64,000 nucleotides of DNA, taken from NCBI GenBank assembly GCA_030636025.1, contig DAOVXQ010000001.1:24791-88790 (forward strand), given 5' to 3'. The notes beneath the pieces are model-generated. The model had not been told where the DNA came from. It ran no database searches and saw only the letters and a list, made by a program, of their open reading frames with translations. Source of the stretch: an archaeon. GTDB taxonomy: Archaea > Nanobdellota > Nanobdellia > Pacearchaeales > GW2011-AR1. Position numbers and translations under genes: made by a program. Of this stretch, positions 39,884-50,217 are shown piece by piece (position 1 is the stretch's first letter; each line of letters opens with the position of its first letter).

Positions 39884-40744
39884 TTAAAACAACACCGGCG
39901 TAACAAAGACTTCTATGAGTGCAGCAACAAATAATAACACTACTGCAACAATAACTAAATTTAATGAATCCTGAAGTATGACCCAAAACTTTTCCGAGTG
40001 AACATCATGTTTAATTACAGCAATGCTAATAATTCCTCCGGCTAATGCTCCTGCAAAATAAGAACCAATTTCAGGAATTCCATGTATCATGTAACGGGCA
40101 AGCCCTAAAGGAAGATTTGCTAAATTAGATTTTGAGAAAATTCCGATTGCGGCCGCGATTACACTTGCATTCCATGCCAAAATAAAAATCGCTCCTGCCC
40201 CAAAAATCAATGAAAAGACAAGGGTAAAAATCAAGACATAAATATTATTTGCGAAGATATTCACAATTTTTTCTTTTGCAGTCAAAAAAGCAGTTGTCCT
40301 TGAAACATGCTCCACACCATATTCCGTAACACACTCGTCAAAAAAAGCCGGCTTATTTATCATACAATAAGTTTCAATCTGGGCGATAAAATTCTGATTT
40401 CCCGACGGGAACACAATATACCAAAATGAAAATGCAACAACCAACCCTAAAAACAAAAACATAAATGAATAAATAGCTTTATTGTGCTCTAATAAAAGTC
40501 TTTTAAATCCTTGAATCTGTAAATCTTTTTCCTCTTCAAATTTTAAAGTATAATAAATAAATGGGATTGTAAACATAACACAAAAAGTAACAACCAAAAT
40601 CCCTGAATATTTTGAAAGAACAGGGTCCCCTGAAAAAATCCATTTAACTAAAAGCAACGAGATAGTTCCATAAAACGCTCCAACAAAAAACATCTCCCAC
40701 GGATTTTTTTCAGCCTTTGCAGGGTTAATCAACATTTCTAACAT
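39884..40744 (-). CDS. Stage II sporulation protein M (SpoIIM/DUF95) family membrane protein
   Basis: IFANN, WNAS, HGIPE, AALIEVFVTP; GAGGTA RBS before the ATG at 40744. Confidence 0.85.
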   Translation of the reverse strand: MLEMLINPAKAEKNPWEMFFVGAFYGTISLLLVKWIFSGDPVLSKYSGILVVTFCVMFTIPFIYYTLKFEEEKDLQIQGFKRLLLEHNKAIYSFMFLFLGLVVAFSFWYIVFPSGNQNFIAQIETYCMINKPAFFDECVTEYGVEHVSRTTAFLTAKEKIVNIFANNIYVLIFTLVFSLIFGAGAIFILAWNASVIAAAIGIFSKSNLANLPLGLARYMIHGIPEIGSYFAGALAGGIISIAVIKHDVHSEKFWVILQDSLNLVIVAVVLLFVAALIEVFVTPVLF

Positions 40745-40859
40745 AAACAATACCTCTCTAACATTCTTTTTTCCTCATTATAAAAATGAATTTATCTTTT
40801 TTAAATATATAGATTTCAACACATTTTTATACTATTTAAACCTATTAATAAAAAAGATA

Positions 40860-41678
40860 ATGGACAAACAAAAACAATTCAATAAAATTTGTAAAGACAT
40901 TAAATCTATAAAAATTCAGGGAGCTAAAAATGTCGCAATAGCTGGTTTTAAGGCATACAAATTAATTCCAACAAAAAAATCAAAACAAAAAATTATTTCT
41001 CTCAGACCAACAGAACCAATGCTGATTAATCTTTTAAATAATGCAGACAAATTATCTCATCAGCAAATTCTCAATCACTTAAACAAAACTCAAAAAACAA
41101 TCAACAAAGAAGTTTTAAAATTAATTAAAAATAATTATGTAATTTTTACTCACTGTCATTCTTCATCGGTTGTTCAGGCATTAATTAATGCAAAGAAAAA
41201 AAAGAAATTTGAAGTTTACAACACAGAAACTCGCCCATTATATCAGGGAAGAAAAACTGCAAGAGAATTAAAAAAAGCAGGAATTAAAGTTACTAATTTT
41301 ATTGATTCTGCATTAAATATAGCATTAACTAAATCTCAGAAAACAAAAGATGTAAACATTATTTTTCTTGGAGCCGACGCTGTTTTGAAAAAAGGAGTGA
41401 TAAATAAAATCGGCAGTGGACTAATTGGCAAACTTGCAAAATTAGAAAAAATACCTGTTTACATTTTGGCCAACTCTTGGAAATATTTTCCAAAAAATAT
41501 AAAAATAGAACAAAGAAATTTTAAAGAAGTTTGGGAAAATGCACCAAAAAATATTAAGATAAAAAATCCCGCATTTGAATTAATTAAAAAGAAATATATT
41601 AGGGGAATTATTTCAGAATTTGGAATTTTATCTTACAAAGATTTTTTAAAACAAGTTAAAAAAAGAAAGATTGAATAA
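40860..41678 (+). CDS. e2b2: Ribose-1,5-bisphosphate isomerase (eIF-2B alpha/beta/delta family), compact
   Basis: IQGA, RPTEPM, THCHSS (catalytic Cys), ETRP..QG, GADA, NKIG, NPAFE. Confidence 0.8.
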   Translation: MDKQKQFNKICKDIKSIKIQGAKNVAIAGFKAYKLIPTKKSKQKIISLRPTEPMLINLLNNADKLSHQQILNHLNKTQKTINKEVLKLIKNNYVIFTHCHSSSVVQALINAKKKKKFEVYNTETRPLYQGRKTARELKKAGIKVTNFIDSALNIALTKSQKTKDVNIIFLGADAVLKKGVINKIGSGLIGKLAKLEKIPVYILANSWKYFPKNIKIEQRNFKEVWENAPKNIKIKNPAFELIKKKYIRGIISEFGILSYKDFLKQVKKRKIE

Positions 41679-42062
41679 TTAATTCTTTTTCATAAGCACA
41701 TTACTCATCTCAGTTTGCAAAATTTCAACCCTGCCAAGAATTTCCTGTTTGGCAACAATTAGTTTTTTTACCTGCTCATCAATTATTTCTTTCGCTTCAG
41801 GAATAGTTTTTTTAACCAAATTTTTATTTCCAATTTCCACTAAAAGTTCTTTATTTTTAATTTCCGCAGGAATATAAATTCCCTTGCCAATATTCGCAAG
41901 AATTTCTTTATTCTCTGATTTTTCTAATTCATCCAAACCACTCTTCAACTGTTCCATATCTTCAAGATGCTGCGTAATTAATTGCAATTGTTGTTCCAAC
42001 TGGCGTGCTTCCTGCTCCATCATCTGCAATTGTATCAAATGCTCTTGATTTTCTTCTACCAT
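41679..42062 (-). CDS. pfdA: Prefoldin subunit alpha
   Basis: Coiled coils flanking EILANIGKGIYI...LLVEIG beta-hairpins. Confidence 0.9.
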   Translation of the reverse strand: MVEENQEHLIQLQMMEQEARQLEQQLQLITQHLEDMEQLKSGLDELEKSENKEILANIGKGIYIPAEIKNKELLVEIGNKNLVKKTIPEAKEIIDEQVKKLIVAKQEILGRVEILQTEMSNVLMKKN

Positions 42063-42112
42063 ATTAAACAAAAAAATAAAAGCTTTTTAAACTTATTTGT
42101 TATTAAAATTCA

Positions 42113-42541
42113 ATGCTAAAAAAGACAATCTCTCTTTTTGAGAAACATAATAAACTTTCATGGGCAATAACCATCTTAATAGCAATAACAATCTTTTATA
42201 TCTCTTCAATTACTTTTGAGTTTAGTGAAGTTCAAACATTGAACATAAAATCTTATCTTTATCACTTTTTCGCATTTTTCTTTCTCTGTTTTTTTCTTTT
42301 AATCTCAATGATAAAGGGAAATGAAAACAAAAAATTAATTATTTTAGGGATTATATTAGCGATTTTATATGGAATCTCCGACGAGATTCATCAATTTTTT
42401 GTTTCAGGAAGAGCTTGTTGTTTGGAAGATGTTTTAACAAATTCTATGGGAATTTTATTAGCTGGAGGATTTTATTTATTTAGGTTAAGAAAAAATAATT
42501 CACTGCAACTTGAAAACCTTTCTCAAAACAATGCTAAATAA
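42113..42541 (+). CDS. VanZ family membrane protein
   Basis: YHFFAF, YGISDEIHQFFVSGR...EDVLTN. Confidence 0.85.
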   Translation: MLKKTISLFEKHNKLSWAITILIAITIFYISSITFEFSEVQTLNIKSYLYHFFAFFFLCFFLLISMIKGNENKKLIILGIILAILYGISDEIHQFFVSGRACCLEDVLTNSMGILLAGGFYLFRLRKNNSLQLENLSQNNAK

Positions 42542-42898
42542 CATTGAAAATCCAATATAATACCATATCCAGTGAGGGAGAATATCTACAAATGTCCCTC
42601 TCAACCATTTAAATAAAATCAACAAAGGAATAATCGTAATAATCATTGGTTTAAAGGATTGCTTCATTTGTTCAGGCAAGTCCTCCATCATCTGTTTATT
42701 CAGTTCCATAACTTTCTGCGGATTGTCCTTGCATTTTTTCATTTCCCCTCTGAGAAATTTCTGCTTATCCTTTAATTCCTTCATCCTTTTTTTATCAGTC
42801 ATAAAATGTGTAACAATTGTTATAAAAAGAGTTACAAAAAAAGATAGAATCATAAGTCCAACAAGAGGATTATTTTGAATAAAATTTGTGATGTCCAT
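42500..42898 (-). CDS. DUF106/EMC3/TMCO1 family membrane insertase
   Basis: TM, coiled coil, SFKPMIIT, WIWYY; immediately downstream of secY. Confidence 0.85.
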   Translation of the reverse strand: MDITNFIQNNPLVGLMILSFFVTLFITIVTHFMTDKKRMKELKDKQKFLRGEMKKCKDNPQKVMELNKQMMEDLPEQMKQSFKPMIITIIPLLILFKWLRGTFVDILPHWIWYYIGFSMLFSIVLRKVFKLQ

Positions 42899-42934
42899 TT
42901 TATTATCAATCTTTTTTAGTTTTTAAATCTATTT

Positions 42935-44308
42935 TTAAACACCCATCATTTTTTTCATAGCTGGATTCATATCCATTTGATGTTGTTCAACGATTTTTTG
43001 ATAAAACTGGAATATAATCATAATTCCTAATAATAATGAAGTCCCGCCTGTCAAAGTTCCAAGAACATTTGCAGAAGACGCCAGCAACCCAATAGCCAAA
43101 CCACCCATTACAGTTAAAGGCAAAACATATCTTGCTAAAATTGATTCTAAAATTCTTTCATCTTTTCTAAATCCAGGAATCTGCAACCCTGATTTCAAAA
43201 TATTTTGTGCCTGACTTGATGCATCCATCCCCGAAGTTTTAACCCAGAATATTGAAAAAACTGCAGCTAAAAACATGTAAAAGAGAATATGCCCTAATGT
43301 CTGAAACAAATACACCCATCTCCAACTACCACTTATTATTGCCCCAACAATATTTGTTGAAGAAATCCAAAACAAAAATCCAGAAACAGGCCTCCCATTA
43401 ACAACTTCTCCTAAAAAACTTGGATGCCCTAACCAATTCTGTAACAAACCCCCAAACAATTGCAAATTAGCAACTAATGCTGCAACTAAAATAACCGGAA
43501 TTACCGACGCATAAAAAAACTGCAAAGGCCATTTCATTGTATATCCTCTTAATCTATCGTAACTTAATGGAATTTCAATTTTCAATGACTGAGCCCACAC
43601 AACTGCTAAAAATAATATAACTGTTGCAAGAATTGCTGCCAATGCCAACATTGCTCCTTGAGAATCTGCATGCATTATACTAACAACAAAAGCCCAAACC
43701 TTTCCTGTTGGTTGCAATCCTCCTGCAATCCCTTCTGTCCCTAAAAATCCAAATCCTGCAGTAAACAATCTCCAACCAACTCCTGCGGCAATAAACAAAC
43801 TAACACCAGAACCAAACCCCCATTTGTTACATAATTCATCCATAAATAATATCACCAGCCCACCTAAAATTAATTGCACAATAACTATCCCTGTAAAACC
43901 TACATTAGCTTTAATTCCGCCCATTAAAACATAAATCAATGCTTCAAAAATTATAAAAAAGAAAACTAATAATTTCTGCAAACCCTGAAAAAATTTTTTC
44001 CCTTCTTCAGTAGATGTGTCAATATCTAAAATCTTGCTTCCAACTAATAATTGCAAAATAATAGAAGCCATTACAATCGGTCCAATACCCAGCGAGATTA
44101 TAGAACCAAAACTCGTCCCCATAATTACAGCCAAATATTCAAATTGGTCTAAAAATCCCGGGTCAGCCCCGTAAAGTGCAATATTTGACAAAACAAAAAA
44201 CGAAACAAGAACAATCAGAGTCCATTTTAATTTAATATTAAATCCCAGCTTCTTTTCAACAGGTCCTTTCACTTCAGGAAGATTTTTTAATATGTCTCTA
44301 AATTCCAT
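42935..44308 (-). CDS. secY: Preprotein translocase SecY
   Basis: LGIGPIV.ASIILQLL, DE...KWGFGSG.SLFI, IPGFR, GTSLLL. Confidence 0.97.
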   Translation of the reverse strand: MEFRDILKNLPEVKGPVEKKLGFNIKLKWTLIVLVSFFVLSNIALYGADPGFLDQFEYLAVIMGTSFGSIISLGIGPIVMASIILQLLVGSKILDIDTSTEEGKKFFQGLQKLLVFFFIIFEALIYVLMGGIKANVGFTGIVIVQLILGGLVILFMDELCNKWGFGSGVSLFIAAGVGWRLFTAGFGFLGTEGIAGGLQPTGKVWAFVVSIMHADSQGAMLALAAILATVILFLAVVWAQSLKIEIPLSYDRLRGYTMKWPLQFFYASVIPVILVAALVANLQLFGGLLQNWLGHPSFLGEVVNGRPVSGFLFWISSTNIVGAIISGSWRWVYLFQTLGHILFYMFLAAVFSIFWVKTSGMDASSQAQNILKSGLQIPGFRKDERILESILARYVLPLTVMGGLAIGLLASSANVLGTLTGGTSLLLGIMIIFQFYQKIVEQHQMDMNPAMKKMMGV

Positions 44309-44350
44309 TTTTATTTATCGAGATTTAACTTTTTAAAACCAATGAAGAAA

Positions 44351-44818
44351 TTATTTTTCATTTTCAACTTTCCCCTTTTTCTGATTACCTTTAATTTTAA
44401 AAATAATTGCCTGCCCCCCTGCTTTTTCAATTTTCTCTTTAGCAGATTTTGTAAATCCTTGAGCAGTAATATTTAATTTCTCCTTAATCTCTCCTTCTCC
44501 AAGAATTTTTTTATCCTTAAGAATAACTTCTCCTTTCTTCGCCAATTGTTTAATATTTTTTTGAATATCTCTCAAATTAACCACCGGAATTTTCTTTTTC
44601 TTAGCATGCAAACTTGTAATTCCTTTTTTCCCAAAATATTTGTTTCCATATTTTTTAATAATTAATGATTTTTTATGGTCTGCCCTTTTACCTGTTCCAG
44701 CCATTCCTTTTCCACCCTTATGTCCTTTCCCCATATGTTTTTTTCTTGCACCCCAACCATGATTAGTTTGCCCTCGCTGTCCTACAGATTTTTTAGTTTT
44801 TTTAGTTCTAACTACCAT
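44351..44818 (-). CDS. rpl15: 50S ribosomal protein uL15
   Basis: HGWG..K..G.G..GG.G.AG, KILGEG, AKEKIEKAGG. Confidence 0.95.
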   Translation of the reverse strand: MVVRTKKTKKSVGQRGQTNHGWGARKKHMGKGHKGGKGMAGTGKRADHKKSLIIKKYGNKYFGKKGITSLHAKKKKIPVVNLRDIQKNIKQLAKKGEVILKDKKILGEGEIKEKLNITAQGFTKSAKEKIEKAGGQAIIFKIKGNQKKGKVENEK

Positions 44819-44819
44819 A

Positions 44820-45161
44820 TTATACTCTTGCCATTTTTAATTGTTTATTTAAATCTGAATAATTTTCATTTTCTTTTGTATAAATATGCATCCCCAAAGA
44901 TTTTTGTTCAAAAAGGCCTGTTTGGAGATTATATTCGTCTTTTCCCCTATAAACTCTCTCTATAGTTTCTCCACTTCTTCTTAAAGTTGTTATACCTCCA
45001 CAAAAATCTACTACTTTTACTACTAATTCATCTCCTTCCTTAAAATTATTTTGTTCATTTAATACTAATATGTCTCCTTCAATTATTTCTACTAATGAAA
45101 TATTTGGAGCTAATTTAATTCTTTTAGGCTGGGTTCGTTTTTGATGTTTAATTTTTTTCAT
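44820..45161 (-). CDS. Hypothetical protein inserted between rpl30 and rpl15
   Basis: 113-aa ORF filling the whole junction; TAATG overlap with rpl30 and TAATATG junction to rpl15. Confidence 0.75.
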   Translation of the reverse strand: MKKIKHQKRTQPKRIKLAPNISLVEIIEGDILVLNEQNNFKEGDELVVKVVDFCGGITTLRRSGETIERVYRGKDEYNLQTGLFEQKSLGMHIYTKENENYSDLNKQLKMARV

Positions 45162-45613
45162 TATAGCATCCTCCCAACTAATTTATTTATATCTTTTTTA
45201 TTATTTCCTAAAACACCTTTAGGATATTGCAATTTGCTTTTAATCCCCTTACGAGGTGGGTGCAATCTAAAAAAGGGCTTTAATCCTAAATCTTTTAATG
45301 TCTTTCCAGCAATCAAACTCTCTGCAATCTTTTCTGCTCCTTCAATTTTCTTCCCTCCAATTTTTAATCCCCGAGCCTTTAATAATTCAACAAGAGTTTT
45401 TTCATCTATTTCTCCATATGCAATATAATATTTTACTTTTTTAATAAACCCGAGAATATCTTTCGTTGGTTTCACGATAACACAAGAATATTTTCGCCTT
45501 AATTTTAATCTATAAAGGGCATTTTCAATATCTTCATTTACCTTTACCATCCCTGAAATTCTAATTATAACAATCAAATTTTCATTTTTTGTTTCTTTAT
45601 TTTTCTCTGCCAT
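45161..45613 (-). CDS. rpl30: 50S ribosomal protein uL30 (archaeal long form)
   Basis: IIRISG, L.LRRK, YGEID, FRLHPPRKG, INKLVGRML. Confidence 0.95.
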   Translation of the reverse strand: MAEKNKETKNENLIVIIRISGMVKVNEDIENALYRLKLRRKYSCVIVKPTKDILGFIKKVKYYIAYGEIDEKTLVELLKARGLKIGGKKIEGAEKIAESLIAGKTLKDLGLKPFFRLHPPRKGIKSKLQYPKGVLGNNKKDINKLVGRML

Positions 45614-45647
45614 TTTGTTTTTTATTATTTTTCTAGGAGATAGTTTT

Positions 45648-46376
45648 TTACATATCATTAGTTTTATTTAAAGCATTCATACAAGCTTTTGCTAAATTGA
45701 ATGTTGTTCTTATCTTGCCATTAGTAACACTATAAACATCTTTAATACCTGCGGCCTTTAAAATTTTTTTGCATTCATTTCCAATAACTAATCCCGTTCC
45801 CTGGGGTGCAGGCATTAATTTTACTTTACAACTCCCTGATTTTCCTTCGACAATAAACGGAACAGTATGTTCCTCCCCGCAAGTGCAGTCAAAACTCCCA
45901 CATCCCATTTTAATTTTATGAACATTTAATTTTGCTTTTCTTAATGCCTTGGCTCTTGCAGGCAAAGTCTCTTTTGCCTTTCCAGAATCAAGCCCAACAT
46001 ATCCCTTGCCATTTCCAACAACAACCATGCACGAAAATTTAGGAACATTTCCCTCTTTTGTTTTCTTTTGAGTTTGTCTCCACGCCCTTCTTTTTCCCCC
46101 GCCAAATTTCCCCTTCGCCTGTCCAATATTAAGCACATCGGATTTCAGATTCAAAATAGTATCAATTATTTCAGATTCAAGAACCTTGAACTTCAAAATT
46201 TCATCTATATTTTTAATTTTTCCAGCCATAACAAGTTTTCCTAATTTTGTCTTCGGATTCCATTTTGCAAGATGGTCTGCATGTTCCTGAGCAAGCCGTT
46301 CCTCTCTGGCTTTTTCTATCTCTGCCTTTGTTCTCTTTTGGAATTTTTTCTGAAATGTTCTTTGTTCTCTTGCCAT
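45648..46376 (-). CDS. rps5: 30S ribosomal protein uS5
   Basis: WNPKTKLGKLV, VVVGNGKGYVG, GCGSFDCTC, PAPQGTGL. Confidence 0.95.
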   Translation of the reverse strand: MAREQRTFQKKFQKRTKAEIEKAREERLAQEHADHLAKWNPKTKLGKLVMAGKIKNIDEILKFKVLESEIIDTILNLKSDVLNIGQAKGKFGGGKRRAWRQTQKKTKEGNVPKFSCMVVVGNGKGYVGLDSGKAKETLPARAKALRKAKLNVHKIKMGCGSFDCTCGEEHTVPFIVEGKSGSCKVKLMPAPQGTGLVIGNECKKILKAAGIKDVYSVTNGKIRTTFNLAKACMNALNKTNDM

Positions 46377-46377
46377 T

Positions 46378-46863
46378 TTATTTTGATTCAATCTCCTTCT
46401 TTACTTTCTCAAAAATATCTTTAACATTAGTATTTTCACCAGCAATTCTTTCCTCAGAGGGAATCACACCCTCCCCATATTTTATATTTATCCCTGCATC
46501 TGCAACACCTTTAACAACAGCATAAATCCTCGAACCTTTTGTATTTGGAATTAATCCACTATCTAAAATAACTTTCTCTTTCAGACCTTTTGCTTTTTTT
46601 CCTAATAATAGCCCTCCAAGATAAGCCGCAGGCAAAGATTTTAAACTTCCTTTTTTATCTTCAGACCAGCCATATTTTGACAACTCTTTTGTATTAACCG
46701 AATATTTCACAAAATCCTGCGCATGTTTGCTCCCAACAATTTGAACTATCAAATATTTATTAGTTTTTCTAACAACTAATCTCAGATTTCCGCCTTTAAG
46801 TAAAATCAATCTTTTAGTATAATTCGTCTTACTTTGCAATCTTCGTTTTTTGTCTAGTTTCAT
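46378..46863 (-). CDS. rpl18: 50S ribosomal protein uL18
   Basis: KTNYTKRL, RLVVRKTN, PAAYLGG, LDSG, GVADAG. Confidence 0.95.
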   Translation of the reverse strand: MKLDKKRRLQSKTNYTKRLILLKGGNLRLVVRKTNKYLIVQIVGSKHAQDFVKYSVNTKELSKYGWSEDKKGSLKSLPAAYLGGLLLGKKAKGLKEKVILDSGLIPNTKGSRIYAVVKGVADAGINIKYGEGVIPSEERIAGENTNVKDIFEKVKKEIESK

Positions 46864-47267
46864 TTTATTTTTTCTCCTAAATATTCTTTAAGGTGCATTT
46901 TGCTTCTAAAATTTCTCATCCTTATTTTTTTCCTTAATTCTTTATAATCTTTATTTTCTAATTTGCCCAAATTCTTCAAAACTTTAATATATCCTCTTAA
47001 TTTTCTCGTAATTTTAACATAAACCTGTTTTCTATTTCTAATTTTCTTTTTAATTTTCCCAGGACCTCGCCTTGTTTTTCTTCTAACAACCTTTTTCCTT
47101 CCTTTAACCGGCTTAATTCCTATAACTCCCTCGGCAAACAAGTCTTTAATATCTTGCTTTGTAATCGCTTCTTTTATTTCCGGAAGTTTTTTACTATCAA
47201 AAATAATTCTGTTTTTTCCAACTTTCAAAGTTTTTGATGCAAGGATTTTCTTTTTACTTAAGTTCAT
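46860..47267 (-). CDS. rpl19e: 50S ribosomal protein eL19
   Basis: LKVGKNRI, AITKQDIKDL, RRGPG, RKLR. Confidence 0.93.
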   Translation of the reverse strand: MNLSKKKILASKTLKVGKNRIIFDSKKLPEIKEAITKQDIKDLFAEGVIGIKPVKGRKKVVRRKTRRGPGKIKKKIRNRKQVYVKITRKLRGYIKVLKNLGKLENKDYKELRKKIRMRNFRSKMHLKEYLGEKIK

Positions 47268-47857
47268 TTGCCCCTCCCATAATTATTTGTTTTAATTTCT
47301 TTCTTAGTTTCTTTTTGTTTTTCTGTTTTAATTTTCGGTTTGTCCTTTTCAATTTCCTTAGATTTTTTCTCTTCACTTTTTTTCTTTTCTTCTTTCTCTT
47401 TTTTCTCCGCTTCTTTTTTAGCTTTTTTATCCTTATCTAATTTTGTTTTCTTCCTTTTTTCTGCAATCTCTTTCTTTTCCTTAGATTGAATTTCAAGTTT
47501 TCTCAAAAACTTTTTAGGATTTAAATTCATTAAAACAATTTTTTCTTTTTGAATATATTCTGCAATTTCTTTTCTTTTCTTATTTCCAATCTTAGCAACA
47601 ATTCCAATTTCATTTTTTTCTAAACTTTTTAATTCTTTTAAATTATGAATTAACACAGGTTTCAACCCATTAACTAATCCTCTTTCTTTTTTCGCACCCC
47701 TAAATCCGGCCGAAACATTTCTAATGTGCCCTTTCATTTTCAATCTGATTTTATTATCTCTTCCCTTTGCCTTCCTATATTTAACCTTATTTTTTCTTCT
47801 AACTCCTAACTTTGAATATTTTCTTACATCTGTTCTTTGAAATTTTTTTGTTCTCAT
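47264..47857 (-). CDS. rpl32e: 50S ribosomal protein eL32 with a Lys/Glu-rich C-terminal extension
   Basis: KFQR.D, YRKAKGRDNKIR, GFR..RGL, LN at the end of the core. Confidence 0.92.
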   Translation of the reverse strand: MRTKKFQRTDVRKYSKLGVRRKNKVKYRKAKGRDNKIRLKMKGHIRNVSAGFRGAKKERGLVNGLKPVLIHNLKELKSLEKNEIGIVAKIGNKKRKEIAEYIQKEKIVLMNLNPKKFLRKLEIQSKEKKEIAEKRKKTKLDKDKKAKKEAEKKEKEEKKKSEEKKSKEIEKDKPKIKTEKQKETKKEIKTNNYGRGK

Positions 47858-48405
47858 AAAAACTTCCTCCCAGGTTTTTCAATAATATAAATTCCATCCT
47901 GAAAAATTCTTCTGTCTTTATTTTTCGGTTTTGCACCCTTTTCAATATTCGCCGCACACTGTCCAGTTTTCTCTCTGTCAATACCCTCGACTTCAATAAA
48001 TTCTTTATCTACCTTAACAGAAACTCCTGGAACAAGTTTTATCCTTCTATCTATCTTCTCACCTAAAAAATTATTAATCAACAATTCATTTTTAGCTTCA
48101 TCTATTTTAACAGTCATCGGAAAATGAACATTTGCAATTTGCAATTTATATTTAAATTTTTTATTCAAACCAGTAATCATATTCTGAATATGTGCTTTCA
48201 TTGTCCCAAACATTTTCTTTTCATTTTTCCTCGCATTTTTAACCCCTAAAATTATTTTATCTCCCTCAATTTTAGTATCAATAACCGAACTTAATTTCCT
48301 TCTAAGCTCATCACCACCTTTTTTTAAAATTATCTCTTTGCCTTCGATAACTCCCTGAATTCCTTCTGTGATTTCAATTTCTTGTTTTAAATCTTTTCTT
48401 TCCAT
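47854..48405 (-). CDS. rpl6: 50S ribosomal protein uL6
   Basis: HFPM, NFLGEK, GQCAANIE, DRRIFQDGIYI. Confidence 0.96.
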   Translation of the reverse strand: MERKDLKQEIEITEGIQGVIEGKEIILKKGGDELRRKLSSVIDTKIEGDKIILGVKNARKNEKKMFGTMKAHIQNMITGLNKKFKYKLQIANVHFPMTVKIDEAKNELLINNFLGEKIDRRIKLVPGVSVKVDKEFIEVEGIDREKTGQCAANIEKGAKPKNKDRRIFQDGIYIIEKPGRKFL

Positions 48406-48776
48406 TAAAATATATATGCAACTAAGCATCCTCCCTGATTATTTTCTTCAGCATCATTATGTTTCATTAGCCCTTTATTTGTCGAAACAATTACAAGCCC
48501 AAAATCTTTCGCAGGCAAAAATCTCCGAACATATTTATTAATATTTTTAACAGACACAGTATATCTTGGTTTAATCGCCATGATTTTATTTACCTTTTTA
48601 ATTTCAACCTTGAGTTTAGTCCCGTCAACACTATAATCCAAATAACCAGATTCCCTCGCTATATCTAAGATATTTCTCAATAACTTTGAATGTTTATTCA
48701 AAACCACAGATTCCTTTCTGGCTTTTTTCGCATTCATTATCTGATTCAATCCGTCTGCAACAATATCTTGACTCAT
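48405..48776 (-). CDS. rps8: 30S ribosomal protein uS8
   Basis: DIVADGL..IMNA, IKPRY, FLPA..G..IVST..G.M.H, GG.L.AY. Confidence 0.95.
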   Translation of the reverse strand: MSQDIVADGLNQIMNAKKARKESVVLNKHSKLLRNILDIARESGYLDYSVDGTKLKVEIKKVNKIMAIKPRYTVSVKNINKYVRRFLPAKDFGLVIVSTNKGLMKHNDAEENNQGGCLVAYIF

Positions 48777-48777
48777 T

Positions 48778-49008
48778 TTAACTGTATTTTTTAAACCCAA
48801 TTTCCTCCGCAATTTCTCTGAAACAATGTCTGCATAAATTCAGCCCATATCTATTTATCATGGCACCAAATCTCCCGCATCTTTCACATTTCTTCTGAGT
48901 TATTCCAGTGGTTCTTTCCTTGGGTTTATTATGTTTAATAAATTTAGCTCTGACTGCTGGTTTTCTCGCAAATTGCTTCAACATTTTTCTCCAATCACTT
49001 GCAGTCAT
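48778..49008 (-). CDS. rps14: 30S ribosomal protein uS14 (Zn-binding)
   Basis: CERCG...[21 protein letters not shown]. Confidence 0.96.
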   Translation of the reverse strand: MTASDWRKMLKQFARKPAVRAKFIKHNKPKERTTGITQKKCERCGRFGAMINRYGLNLCRHCFREIAEEIGFKKYS

Positions 49009-49565
49009 TATATAACCTCCACTCCAAAATTTTGAGTTAAAAATTCAACAATCTTTTCCTTGTCAACCCTTTGTCTTTTAGGAAACTTTCCCTTTTTTAT
49101 TTTCTTAAAAACTACTCTTTTCCCTTTTTTCTTGAAAACAATAGTTATATCAAATCCCAACATTCCAATATCCCGATTATATTCCAGCCCTGGAATTTCG
49201 ATATATTCATGAATTCCAAACGAAAATTGATTTTCAACAATTTTCTTTTTCGAAATTTCATTGTCAATCGCCGCAAAAAATCTTTTCAATAAATCATTAA
49301 TCTGTTCTTTATTTCTTAATGTAACTTTGCATCCAGATTCTTTGTTAGGGCTAATCCCAAATGCAGGAATCCTCCTCGTAGATTTTGTTTTCAGAATTGT
49401 TTTTCCAGTTATCATTTTAAGCAACACAACAGATTTCTCAAGTTTATCTCCTGTTCCACCGCAATTCAAAACCATTTTTTCTATTTCAATTTCCTGCATC
49501 TTTGAATCTGCCTTTTTAATTTCCTGAGATTCTTCAATTTCCATTGTTTTATTTTCTGTTTCCAT
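49008..49565 (-). CDS. rpl5: 50S ribosomal protein uL5
   Basis: IEKMVLN.G, FGI, GCKVTLR, FSFGI.EYIEIPG. Confidence 0.96.
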   Translation of the reverse strand: METENKTMEIEESQEIKKADSKMQEIEIEKMVLNCGGTGDKLEKSVVLLKMITGKTILKTKSTRRIPAFGISPNKESGCKVTLRNKEQINDLLKRFFAAIDNEISKKKIVENQFSFGIHEYIEIPGLEYNRDIGMLGFDITIVFKKKGKRVVFKKIKKGKFPKRQRVDKEKIVEFLTQNFGVEVI

Positions 49566-49566
49566 T

Positions 49567-50217
49567 TTATTCAATTACAATTATATTTTTTATCCAGACA
49601 TTTATTTTATCTCCATCAAGAGAAATTTTAGCAAGATGTTTTCCACCCCTATCCATAATTTCCATAATTTTCCCGCTAACCCCAATGTGTTTTCCCTTCA
49701 CTACAAATGCATTTTTCCCTTTTTCCATTGGAATCACCTTCGCTATTTTATTATCCTTTAAATTTAAAATAATAGAATCTCCAGTTTTCACTTTTTCATC
49801 TGAAATAATATTTATCCCTCCACTCAAATTCAACTGAACTTTTTTCTTTGCCAAAATTTTCTTATCTAAAATCTTAAAAACTTTTATCTCAGCGTCTTTA
49901 TTTGAAATTTCCTCAAAACTCATTTTTTTATTTTCAGACAATTTCGCCCGGTAATTTTTAGAACCAATACAAATAACATCAAATAATCCAATAGGATAAT
50001 TTGTCTCTCTAATTTGCTTATGATTAATTAAAATTTGTTTTTCATTCAATAATCTTTGCAATTCTTTTTTATTTCTTACAGACTTCAAAATATCCCTAAC
50101 AACAACAACTAATGGAATCGACTCTGTTTTATTATGCGTCGCTACAGCTAAATATTTCGTTCCCTTTTTTGGTATTGCCCAAAATTTCTTAATGTTTTGT
50201 CTTTTCAAATATGTCAT
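49567..50217 (-). CDS. rps4e: 30S ribosomal protein eS4
   Basis: LKRQ...W.I.KK, SIPL..VRD.L, PIGLFDVI, GKHIG..G.I. Confidence 0.94.
   Translation of the reverse strand: MTYLKRQNIKKFWAIPKKGTKYLAVATHNKTESIPLVVVVRDILKSVRNKKELQRLLNEKQILINHKQIRETNYPIGLFDVICIGSKNYRAKLSENKKMSFEEISNKDAEIKVFKILDKKILAKKKVQLNLSGGINIISDEKVKTGDSIILNLKDNKIAKVIPMEKGKNAFVVKGKHIGVSGKIMEIMDRGGKHLAKISLDGDKINVWIKNIIVIE

Noticed and set aside
40860..41678. Translation factor eIF-2B or methylthioribose-1-phosphate isomerase
   Set aside because: IQGA, RPTEP and THCHS motifs plus a nearby AMP phosphorylase favour R15P isomerase.
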